Under the pieces are notes generated by a model that saw only the letters and a program-made list of their open reading frames with translations, made no database searches and was not told the DNA's origin. DNA of 64,000 nucleotides from Nautiliaceae bacterium. Its GTDB lineage: Bacteria > Campylobacterota > Campylobacteria > Campylobacterales > Nautiliaceae. The stretch spans positions 1-64,000 of the forward strand of contig JBDONT010000026.1 in NCBI GenBank assembly GCA_039831155.1, written 5' to 3'. Each line of letters begins with the position of its first letter. Position 1 is the first letter of the stretch. This document shows, one piece after another, positions 49,127 through 58,172 of this stretch. The position numbers and the translations under genes are program-made.

Positions 49127-50395
49127 ATGTTTAAGATTATATCGGCTCTTTTTATAAGCGTACTTCTTTTTGCAGACTACTACACTGCCACAAACAGTTC
49201 TTTAAATTCAAATAAAACTTTAATCTTTACCCATAATTTCAAAATAGAAATAAACAACTCCAAAATTACCACAAACTCTAAAAAACTAAACGCCCTAATG
49301 CTAGGAAAGACCCCTAAAACATTCGAACAAACAGACATAACAAACGAAGACGATATGCTAGAGAGTTTTGAAACTTATAACCTGGCATACGTTTTAAAAA
49401 ACCGTCCTCAAGAAGAGTTTGTTTTAAAAACCCCAAAATATCTGCTTTTAATAACTCCTTCATACTCTACCGATTATATAGATGTATTCAATACCAAAAA
49501 AGAAGCGAACGTCTATACGTACGAAGTAAAAAAGGCTCTTCTTAAAGACCACTCTTTAGCAAAAAAACAGAATTTTTCCTTAACTCTATATACGGACGAA
49601 AACGACAATCTTTTAGCCGTTAAATTTTCAAGAGACCTAAAAATCCTAAAACAAGTAATAACCCCGAATCTTGAAAAATTCTTAGAAGAAAAATCCAAAT
49701 TAAAAACGGAAGTTGATAAATTTACCTTAGATGAAGGAAACTTATACCTCTCTTACGTATCAAAAACAAAAAACGGAGCGAAAAGATTAAAACTCACTTA
49801 TCAAAAATTTAAAAAACACTACATTAAAACTATGCTAAAAGCACCTATTTCACTATTTGACCCGGAAAACAAATCCCCTAGCATAGAAGAGGATATAGGA
49901 TTTTTAAGAGAGTATAAAAACGACTTATATGAAATTAAAAAAGTTCAAATAATCGATTCCCAGATCGATACGATGTGGATAAACAAACCTTCAAGCAGCG
50001 TAGTGGTGGTAGAATATAACGGACTAAACGACAAAACAATCCTCTCAAAAGATAAAAACCAACAGTTCTACGGAATTGAGGGAGTTTTATATCTTGTAAC
50101 GTGGATGAGATTAAACAACATCCATTCAAAAATCTTTACTTTTATAAACGGATATTTGCCGTTTGACTCCACAATGAAAGAGATATCAAAAAACAGCTAC
50201 GATATGGAAAAAAGCCACCATATAATCTATAAATTCACAACAGACGACAAAGGATTTATCACAAAAATTTTCTATCCTTCTTACAATATTTCCATACACT
50301 TAGAAAGCATAGATACGGATTTAACGCTTAAAAACAAAAAATACCTAAAAAAACTTATGCAGCAATTCGATATTAAATTAATTAAGGAGCAGTAG
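49127..50395 (+). CDS. Exported hypothetical protein (operon gene 1)
   Basis: Signal peptide ending LFA; TATAAT at 49098; beta-rich. Confidence 0.8.
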   Translation: MFKIISALFISVLLFADYYTATNSSLNSNKTLIFTHNFKIEINNSKITTNSKKLNALMLGKTPKTFEQTDITNEDDMLESFETYNLAYVLKNRPQEEFVLKTPKYLLLITPSYSTDYIDVFNTKKEANVYTYEVKKALLKDHSLAKKQNFSLTLYTDENDNLLAVKFSRDLKILKQVITPNLEKFLEEKSKLKTEVDKFTLDEGNLYLSYVSKTKNGAKRLKLTYQKFKKHYIKTMLKAPISLFDPENKSPSIEEDIGFLREYKNDLYEIKKVQIIDSQIDTMWINKPSSSVVVVEYNGLNDKTILSKDKNQQFYGIEGVLYLVTWMRLNNIHSKIFTFINGYLPFDSTMKEISKNSYDMEKSHHIIYKFTTDDKGFITKIFYPSYNISIHLESIDTDLTLKNKKYLKKLMQQFDIKLIKEQ

Positions 50396-51426
50396 TGAAA
50401 AAATTTTTACCTCTAATAGCTTTTATGGTACTGGGATGTTCTACCGGAAATAACGCCGTAGTCTCTTCTAAAACCATACAGGCAAAACAAGAAGAAATGT
50501 TATTAGACGAAGACCAGGAAGAAGACAACCAAGAACTCTATTTTCTAGCTACCAAAAATAAAATTCTCTACTCAAAAACAAGCTACACTACAAAAGACCA
50601 AATAGACTATTTTATAAACAATACGTTAGAAAACCTTTTTCGCCAAGCAAGACCGAGACTCCCTAAAAGACATCATCACAAACTAAATATAGCTATCTAC
50701 GTAGACGCTTCTTCTTACAAAAACGAAATAACAGACGCCGTGCAAGCTTTTATCTTAAAACACAAAAGATTTAATCTAGTCTCAATAGATTCTCAAAGTC
50801 TAAAAGCCTTAAGAAAAATCATAAACAAAGAAAAAGACTCCACCTATACGGGAGGATTTTATATAAACCCAAAACATCGTTCAGACATAGTAATTTTCAT
50901 AAAAGCCTCAAAAGATAAAAACAACCTTTATATAAAAGCAAAACTCATCTCAAAAAACGCTTCTATACTAGGGAGTATAAAAGAGAAAATAAACCTCAAT
51001 AAATCCCTAAAATGGGCTCAAGTAAAAGTACCTAGAAACACGGGAGGGTTTGAGAATTTTGAAATTATGATAAAACCGGTTTCAAAAAAAGAGTTTTACG
51101 GATTTGGAGACGACACGCCCGTTACAAACGTAACGTTCCAAAAAGCAAGTGCTTACTGTATGAAAATAAATGCCCAACTTTCACAACCTTATGTATTCGA
51201 ATATGCCAGAAGATCCCACGTAATACAAAAACCTCTAAACGTTTCTCAAGAAATGATAGCTCCTTACGATGATGAAGACCAGGATATTTATTATCAAGAG
51301 GGGGATAAATTAGAAAGCGAGGACGGAACTATTATCGTATTTGACTGGAATAAAGAAAAATACTATTCGGTATCAAACCTATACACCTCTTCTAATACCA
51401 CATTCAGATGTATAAAGGTTAAATAA
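50395..51426 (+). CDS. Lipoprotein: CsgG/LpoB-like middle domain + FGE/CLec-like C-terminal domain
   Basis: GTG start overlaps the previous stop; lipobox VLGC; RFNLV..., PVTNVTF..A..YC and terminal TFRC. Confidence 0.7.
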   Translation: MKKFLPLIAFMVLGCSTGNNAVVSSKTIQAKQEEMLLDEDQEEDNQELYFLATKNKILYSKTSYTTKDQIDYFINNTLENLFRQARPRLPKRHHHKLNIAIYVDASSYKNEITDAVQAFILKHKRFNLVSIDSQSLKALRKIINKEKDSTYTGGFYINPKHRSDIVIFIKASKDKNNLYIKAKLISKNASILGSIKEKINLNKSLKWAQVKVPRNTGGFENFEIMIKPVSKKEFYGFGDDTPVTNVTFQKASAYCMKINAQLSQPYVFEYARRSHVIQKPLNVSQEMIAPYDDEDQDIYYQEGDKLESEDGTIIVFDWNKEKYYSVSNLYTSSNTTFRCIKVK

Positions 51427-52256
51427 TGAAAAAACTATTATTTATGCTTCTTGCCACGTTTTTAACGGCAAAAACAAACATCTCCCTGGCAAAAACCCTA
51501 CTTCAGTTCCAAGGGGATGAATATAATATGTTATTGGCACCAAAAGAAATAGTAGTAGTAGGAAGAAAAAGAAAAACAAAAAAAGCAATCAACAAAGGCT
51601 ATAAAAGAGCTATCAGCGAACTTAAACGACAGATAAGGCTAAGGGATATAGACTTTCATCTTAAAGTCTTTACGCCAAAAGGCTCCGACTTACCTCAATA
51701 CAGAACCCAAGATATTCAGGCTTACAAAATTTTAAAAGAGATGTTAAAACAGCAAATAGCCATAAGACAACAACTCTTTCAAGATACTGAAATTAAAAAA
51801 CCCAAAAAAGTATCTGCAAAAGATATAGGACTTGACGATATAGGGGATGACGCTTTTGATATAAGCGACGATAAAGTAAAAATCAAAAAACAAATCCTAA
51901 GCCCGGCAGAAGCTTTTATAGGAGCCTATACCGAACTTAGCGAACTTTATAATCAAGAAGTTACCAAATTAAGCGATGTTTTACACCCTTTTAACATAAA
52001 CGGAAAACCGGTATTCAAACACGTTCATTCGGTTTTCGGTATGGCGTTTTTCCCGACAAAAGTCGCCGGAAGCATACATATGATAAAAATCTATATCGTA
52101 TTATGCAATATAAACACCGAATCGGATAAAAGCGTCCAAATTATCGCTAAAGAGATTCCTCCTTTTGAGTGGGACAGAAACTATCTATACATCAATGCGG
52201 CAACCGGAAAAGTTTTAAGACAGATTATTTCCGGAGTGCTTGGAGAAAATTTTTAA
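51426..52256 (+). CDS. Exported hypothetical protein
   Basis: Signal peptide; TAATG coupling. Confidence 0.75.
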   Translation: MKKLLFMLLATFLTAKTNISLAKTLLQFQGDEYNMLLAPKEIVVVGRKRKTKKAINKGYKRAISELKRQIRLRDIDFHLKVFTPKGSDLPQYRTQDIQAYKILKEMLKQQIAIRQQLFQDTEIKKPKKVSAKDIGLDDIGDDAFDISDDKVKIKKQILSPAEAFIGAYTELSELYNQEVTKLSDVLHPFNINGKPVFKHVHSVFGMAFFPTKVAGSIHMIKIYIVLCNINTESDKSVQIIAKEIPPFEWDRNYLYINAATGKVLRQIISGVLGENF

Positions 52257-52265
52257 AGGAAAAGT

Positions 52266-53828
52266 ATGAAAAAGCTTATTTTACTGTTTAGTGCCATATT
52301 TTTTATAGGATGCGGAAGTAATCAGTTAAGCCCTCACAGCCTAAAAAAAGAGTTAAAAAAAGAACATAAAGAGTATTCCCACTGGTTTTTGGACCAAAGT
52401 GAAAGAGTGCCTTTAAAAATAATTGTTTTAGGATACGTAGACCCGGAAGTTAAACACACAAAAGAGTATACAAGATATATCAATCTCTTTAAACAAATCA
52501 AAAAAAAACCGACTATTTTAAACAAAATCACAAACAGCAATTTTACCGATAAATTCTGGCCTATAAAAGTCGTAAATTTCGACTCAAAAGAAATTTATCT
52601 TCAAAAATTCGTAGCGGTTTATAAAAACAGATTCAAAGATAAAGAAGTTTTAAACGACATTTTAAGACCGGATGTGGAAAAACCTTCTGCAGAAATTTTG
52701 ATAAGACTTAATTATCAAGACTTAAAAAAAGGCAAATTAACGCTTGAAGGATACAAAACAATAAAAACCCCCAATTACGCAAGAAACTCCTTTTACTATT
52801 ACCTTATAAAACCAAACTACTCTTTGCTGACACCTCTTAAACAAAAAGAGGCTATTATAAATTCCGTTTCGGCAGTACTTAAACTCTCTATCCCTCAATA
52901 TGTCTCACTGGACCTAAAAAACCTTATAAAAACCCACCCCGTTATGAAAATATTTACGAAAAAAAACGAAAATTTCGTTTTTAAAGGCTACATCAAAAAA
53001 CACATCATCTGGAACGAAATCACCCCAAAACAGCTTTTATACACAAAGCCTCTTCCTTATGAGGATTTAAAAACCCTTTATGAGACTAAATATATACCTT
53101 TTGAAAAAGAGAGTGATTTAAGCTTAAAAGAAATAAACGAACTGACAAAAGTTTTAAACACCTCTTTAATAGACCCTCTTATTCTATACGGATACAACGA
53201 CACCGACACCCTAAACCTTCCTAGCAAAAAATACAACGACTTTTTAATAATCTATCCTAAAAAAACATACGATTTAGACGAAATTTACTTTACTTCAAAC
53301 AACCAGCTGCAACAAAACGGATATAAACTAATCTACAAAAACAGCAAATTCATTCAACAAGACTTGGATACTAAATTCGGATTTAAAGTAGTTAATTATA
53401 TTTTATCCTTTAAAGACCCTTCAAAAGCCAAACTAAATAACGTTTACGTGCAAATAAAAGATTCCAAAGTTACAAGATTGAGTGCTACAAAAATACCTTA
53501 CATTGCAATAAAATTCGACCTAACACACTATCAAAAAGATACGTTTTTATACAGTTACCATAACTATCACTATTTATACAAAGAAAAATTCGGTGGGTGT
53601 ACCAGAATACTATTTTTATTCAAAGCATCATACGACCCTATATGTTACTCTCAATTCTCAACGGGAGTGGGTATAGGACTTGGATTTATGGATTTACTGT
53701 TTTGGACTATTACGTACGGAATAGGAGCAGGGACGTATTTTGTAAGCTATGATAAAGACACGATGATAAAAGCCATCAAAAACAGTGGCTTTAGAGATTT
53801 GGAAATATTTAAAACGGAGTTAAAATGA
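52266..53828 (+). CDS. Lipoprotein, paralog of 58173 gene
   Basis: Lipobox FIGC; shared AVYKNRF.DKE.LNDILR domain. Confidence 0.8.
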   Translation: MKKLILLFSAIFFIGCGSNQLSPHSLKKELKKEHKEYSHWFLDQSERVPLKIIVLGYVDPEVKHTKEYTRYINLFKQIKKKPTILNKITNSNFTDKFWPIKVVNFDSKEIYLQKFVAVYKNRFKDKEVLNDILRPDVEKPSAEILIRLNYQDLKKGKLTLEGYKTIKTPNYARNSFYYYLIKPNYSLLTPLKQKEAIINSVSAVLKLSIPQYVSLDLKNLIKTHPVMKIFTKKNENFVFKGYIKKHIIWNEITPKQLLYTKPLPYEDLKTLYETKYIPFEKESDLSLKEINELTKVLNTSLIDPLILYGYNDTDTLNLPSKKYNDFLIIYPKKTYDLDEIYFTSNNQLQQNGYKLIYKNSKFIQQDLDTKFGFKVVNYILSFKDPSKAKLNNVYVQIKDSKVTRLSATKIPYIAIKFDLTHYQKDTFLYSYHNYHYLYKEKFGGCTRILFLFKASYDPICYSQFSTGVGIGLGFMDLLFWTITYGIGAGTYFVSYDKDTMIKAIKNSGFRDLEIFKTELK

Positions 53829-54424
53829 AAAGATTTTTAATATTTCTAGGAGCTGTTTTTATTATAGGATGTTCTAAATCCCCTCAACAAACAAAAATAA
53901 ACCTACTTAACGTCCTGGATGAAAATACATCCGTAAAAGATTCAAGCGAACTCTATTTTCACGACACAAAAGGCAAAAAATTCTACTCTCATACAAAACC
54001 ATCCTTAAAACAAGGGTGGGTAAGTATCACTCTCTATACAAAAAAAGGAAAAAAAAGATTTGAAATTATGAAATCTCCCGTAAGCTTAAAAGACTTTAAA
54101 ATATCAAATTCAAGCTCCCCCGTAACAAACATATCTTTTAAAACAATGGCTAAATACTGTATGAATAAAAACGCAACTTTGGCTACTATTTTCGTGTTCG
54201 AAAAAGCCAGAAAAAAACACCTCCTCTCAAAACCTCCCGTAAAATACGAAATTTTAGCCCCGGTGGATGAAGAAGATGACGATATTTACATAAACCAAAA
54301 AGACAAAGTAATAAACAAAGACAACACCGTTATAAGGTTTGATTGGCAAAAAGAGATATATGAAGAGGTACCGATTATTTTTAAATCTAAAAACACAACT
54401 TTTAGATGTATGAGGGAAAAATGA
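53825..54424 (+). CDS. Lipoprotein with FGE/CLec-like domain, paralog of 50395 gene
   Basis: Lipobox IIGC; FEIM..PVS, PVTNISF...YC and NTTFRC. Confidence 0.75.
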   Translation: MKRFLIFLGAVFIIGCSKSPQQTKINLLNVLDENTSVKDSSELYFHDTKGKKFYSHTKPSLKQGWVSITLYTKKGKKRFEIMKSPVSLKDFKISNSSSPVTNISFKTMAKYCMNKNATLATIFVFEKARKKHLLSKPPVKYEILAPVDEEDDDIYINQKDKVINKDNTVIRFDWQKEIYEEVPIIFKSKNTTFRCMREK

Positions 54425-55689
54425 GAAAAATTATTTTAATTTTTCTGTTTTCAAGCCTTTTTGCACTACCTCCCTGGACACAAGGAGTGGATAAAAAAGA
54501 CGGAGTTTATTTTGTAGGAGTTTCCAAGTGGTACCCTCTAAACGACACTTTTACCAAAAAAACAGCCCTAAAAGACGCCCTAAGCGATGCTTACTCCCAA
54601 ATAGCCGGTTATTTCGGAATTAAAGTCACATCCTCAACCGATATTCAAAAATACCTAACAAATAAAGGAATTTCAAGAAATATCAAAAAAGAAGTAAAAA
54701 CAAAAACATCCCTTTTTATTTTTAACATAAAACCCATAAAAAGATATACCGAAGAAAAAGAGGATTATTACAGAATCTGGGTGCTGGTAAAACTTGATAA
54801 AAATACCGAACGTCAGATAAAAGAAAATCTAAAAAAAGACAAACAAAAACTAAACCTCTTAAAAACACAAATAAACAAAGCCATAAACAACCAAAACTTA
54901 TTTCTAGCCCAAAATCTCCTAATAAAAGCAAAAAGCCTTCAAAGTGCCGTGTTTGACGATGAACTGCCTCTTTTGGAAAAAAGAATCAAAACACTAAAAG
55001 AAAACCTAATAATCCCTACTATCTCTTTAGATAAAACTCTTTATAAACCGAACGAAGAGATAAAAATAAAAGCCTCCCTAAACCGTCCAGGGTATTTATA
55101 TCTTTTTTACGACAACAAAGACTCGATTGAAATGTTCTTACCGAACGAATTTCAAAACAACTACATTCAAAACAGACTCATAACCTTCCCAAACGACGAC
55201 ATTTCCATAATCGCTTATAAAAACTCTATAAACTACCCGAATAAAATCATAGCCTTAGGTTCTAAACACTACATAGATTTTAGCTTCTTAAGTGACGACA
55301 AAGACGGGGTTTATATCTTCTATAACAAACAAAAAGTAAAACAAAAAATAAAAGAGTGCTTAAAAAAAGGCGAATGTTTCGTAGTGGTTAAAAGGTTTAA
55401 AATAAAAAATAAAAACACAAAAATAAATATCTCAATTCAAGGACCTTTTAAAAAAGAGATTTTAGCGTTTTTAAGAAAATTTAAGATAACATCAACCCCT
55501 AACGGCAAAAAAATAGTTATTAAAATATTCCCTAAAACCTCCTATTCAAACGAACTTCAAACATACATAAAAACCTACAAAATAGTAGCACTTTACAACC
55601 ACCGAAAAGATATAGAATTTGTAGCCGACAAAGAGGATTTGCTTTATAAAATCAAAGAGATAATTCAATGTTTCATATCCCAAAATTAA
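54421..55689 (+). CDS. Exported LPP20-like + DUF4384-like protein
   Basis: P.W...YFVGVS...A..DA...IA; YKPNE.I.I......GYLYLF......FLPN...FP. Confidence 0.6.
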   Translation: MRKIILIFLFSSLFALPPWTQGVDKKDGVYFVGVSKWYPLNDTFTKKTALKDALSDAYSQIAGYFGIKVTSSTDIQKYLTNKGISRNIKKEVKTKTSLFIFNIKPIKRYTEEKEDYYRIWVLVKLDKNTERQIKENLKKDKQKLNLLKTQINKAINNQNLFLAQNLLIKAKSLQSAVFDDELPLLEKRIKTLKENLIIPTISLDKTLYKPNEEIKIKASLNRPGYLYLFYDNKDSIEMFLPNEFQNNYIQNRLITFPNDDISIIAYKNSINYPNKIIALGSKHYIDFSFLSDDKDGVYIFYNKQKVKQKIKECLKKGECFVVVKRFKIKNKNTKINISIQGPFKKEILAFLRKFKITSTPNGKKIVIKIFPKTSYSNELQTYIKTYKIVALYNHRKDIEFVADKEDLLYKIKEIIQCFISQN

Positions 55690-56750
55690 TTCTTAGCCTC
55701 TTTTTGGACTCTCAAAGCAGACTTTTAAAATTTGCCTTTTATACACTCCCTATAGCTCTTTTTTTTTCAATCACCTCTTTTTTGTTTGTAAATAATATCT
55801 TAAAAAGTTACAAAAATTACCTAATCAATTCTTACATAGGCTCCCAAGGAAGAGTTACGATAATCTCAACCCCACCATTTATAAAAAAACTTCAAGAAGT
55901 CTCAAAAAAACACCACCTAATCTTCTCTCCCAAAGTAACTTTCAAAAGTTTTATTGTTTTTAAAAACAAAACTCCCATTATAAAATCAGCCCAAATAGTA
56001 ATCTTAAATCAATCCTACCTCCAAAAAAAATTCCACTCAAACGACATATTTATAAACAAAGCCCTAAAAAACGGTTTTGGGGATATGAATATAAGCTCTT
56101 TTAAAAAGTTACAATACGACAAAAAAAGTATCCCGATAAAAAAGATAAAAATAATAGACACTGGGTTTTTAGGAAACTATCCTACTATATTTTTATCTTT
56201 TAAAAACGCTAAAAAACTCTTTCCCTCTTTAAAAACGAACCAAATAGAATATCTAAACAAAAACACTAAATTCATAAAAACACTAGTGGAAAAAACGGCA
56301 AAACAATACGGGGTTTTAGAGTATAAAATAAAAGATTTAATTGAAGACACCAAAGAGACAAAAGAGTTTTTTCAAAAAATCTCCGTCATTCAAAAGTTTA
56401 TTATGGGATTTATTTTCATACTTGCCTTAGGAATAGTTATTTTAAGCGTAGCTATAATGATAGAATTTAAAAAATCCTCCCTTAAAACCCTACATCTAAT
56501 AGGTATGAGCAAAAAAGAGTTAAACCTTACTATCTCCTTAATAGTATTAAGCACAATTAGTATTATTTTAACCTTATCCGTGATAAGCACCAAAGCCTTA
56601 GAGAGTCTGTTTTTAAAAATTACCGGATTTGGAAGTGACTTTTTTGTGCCTGTCGGTTTTAAAGAGATAGGATTTGTTTTTGTTTTAGGAGTAATTTTAA
56701 GTATGATAACTTATATTTCATCCTCACTTGCTTTTAAAGGAAAAGAATGA
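55668..56750 (+). CDS. LolC/LolE-like (FtsX/MacB-type) ABC permease
   Basis: TM1, large periplasmic domain, three C-terminal TMs; K...L..L..IG.S motif. Confidence 0.72.
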   Translation: MFHIPKLILSLFLDSQSRLLKFAFYTLPIALFFSITSFLFVNNILKSYKNYLINSYIGSQGRVTIISTPPFIKKLQEVSKKHHLIFSPKVTFKSFIVFKNKTPIIKSAQIVILNQSYLQKKFHSNDIFINKALKNGFGDMNISSFKKLQYDKKSIPIKKIKIIDTGFLGNYPTIFLSFKNAKKLFPSLKTNQIEYLNKNTKFIKTLVEKTAKQYGVLEYKIKDLIEDTKETKEFFQKISVIQKFIMGFIFILALGIVILSVAIMIEFKKSSLKTLHLIGMSKKELNLTISLIVLSTISIILTLSVISTKALESLFLKITGFGSDFFVPVGFKEIGFVFVLGVILSMITYISSSLAFKGKE

Positions 56751-57481
56751 TTTTTTTACTTTTTTTTATTCCTCTTTTCGCTTTTGAAAAAGTGTTTATA
56801 AATCTTGATAAAAACATATCCATACCTAAACTTAACGACAAAAACATAAAAGATTTCAGCGTCTCTTATACTCTAACTCCTACTAAATTTTATATTTCAA
56901 AATATGAAATTACCAAAAAAGAGTATAACGAATACCTAAAAGCCATTCACAAAAAACCGATAAAAATAGACGAAGACGAAGAAAACGAACCTATAACAAA
57001 CGTATCGTTTTTTGAAGCTCAAGAGTTTTGCAGATTCTACAAAGGAAGAGTTCCAACGGAAAAAGAGTGGACAATAGCAGCAAGCGTAAAACTTGCGAAA
57101 TCAAAATGTTTTGAGTTTATAAAAAAATACATCTTCACACCATTTCCCACTCAAAAATACCCCTTAGCCCCAAACGACCCTCAAATTAAATGTATGCTAA
57201 AAGAAGACGACGAAATAGAACCCTCTCTTATAGGAAGCGAATTTTTGGAAGTTCAATACTCTTACGAAAACATAAACGGCATATACGGAATGCTTGGAAA
57301 CGCTTTTGAATGGGTGGACGATAAGGTTAATTATTTCAATCACACCTTCTACAAAATAAAAGGAGGCAGCTATAACGATAAAAATATGCCGGTATTTTTC
57401 GATAGCAGAGTTTACAGCCTGCTAAAACCGAATACCAAAAGAGTAAACGTAGGATTTCGATGCGTATGGGAGACAAAATGA
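56747..57481 (+). CDS. FGE/SUMF1-family domain protein, non-catalytic
   Basis: FYISKYEIT, P.TNVS..EA..FC, R.PTE.EW, GM.GN..EW, KGGSY and GFRC motifs. Confidence 0.9.
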   Translation: MIFLLFFIPLFAFEKVFINLDKNISIPKLNDKNIKDFSVSYTLTPTKFYISKYEITKKEYNEYLKAIHKKPIKIDEDEENEPITNVSFFEAQEFCRFYKGRVPTEKEWTIAASVKLAKSKCFEFIKKYIFTPFPTQKYPLAPNDPQIKCMLKEDDEIEPSLIGSEFLEVQYSYENINGIYGMLGNAFEWVDDKVNYFNHTFYKIKGGSYNDKNMPVFFDSRVYSLLKPNTKRVNVGFRCVWETK

Positions 57482-58170
57482 TAAAAGCGATAAATTTAAA
57501 AAAAAGTTTCAATAAAGAAGTTATTTTTCAAAACGTAAATTTCGAAGCCAAAAAAGGAGACTTTTGCGTAATTACCGGAAAAAGTGGTAGTGGAAAAACG
57601 ACTCTTTTAAACCTCATCTCCACAATAGACGAAATAAAAGAGGGAAAACTTATAATAAACAACACCGACATAACAAACCTAAACGAATACGAAAGGGCAA
57701 AATTCAGAGCCAAAAATATAGGTTTTATTTTCCAATCATACGCTCTTATTCCGGAGTTTGACATTATAAAAAACTGCACTATTCCACTTATTATGTCAAA
57801 TGTACCTAAACGCAAAGCCGAACAAAAAGCAAAAGAGATAATTTTAAAATTCATCCCCGAAGCCGATGAAAAGTTTTTAAAAAAAAGACCTCCTCAACTA
57901 AGTGGAGGACAACAACAAAGAGTGGCTATTGCAAGGGCGTTAATTCACAACCCTCCTATCATAATAGCCGACGAACCTACGGCAAACCTAGACAAAGAAT
58001 CTGCAAAAGAAGTAAAAGAGCACTTAAAAAAATTATCCCTAAATTCAAAATGCGTAATCGTAGTAACGCACGAAGAGGAGTATTTGGAAAAATACGCAAA
58101 CGTAGCTTATCAATTCGTAAAAGACCCGTCAAACAAAGCAAAATCAATTCTTAAAAAAATAAAAGGCTAA
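57478..58170 (+). CDS. LolD-like ABC ATPase
   Basis: GKSGSGKTTL, RA.FR...IGFIFQ...L, LSGGQQQR, DEPTANLD and VTH motifs. Confidence 0.92.
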   Translation: MIKAINLKKSFNKEVIFQNVNFEAKKGDFCVITGKSGSGKTTLLNLISTIDEIKEGKLIINNTDITNLNEYERAKFRAKNIGFIFQSYALIPEFDIIKNCTIPLIMSNVPKRKAEQKAKEIILKFIPEADEKFLKKRPPQLSGGQQQRVAIARALIHNPPIIIADEPTANLDKESAKEVKEHLKKLSLNSKCVIVVTHEEEYLEKYANVAYQFVKDPSNKAKSILKKIKG

Positions 58171-58172
58171 AA

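Noticed and set aside
50395-57481. Diversity-generating retroelement acting on the CLec/FGE-fold genes
   Set aside because: No reverse transcriptase and no near-identical template repeat. The 3' ends of the paralogs differ at all base types, not just adenines. A remote DGR cannot be excluded.
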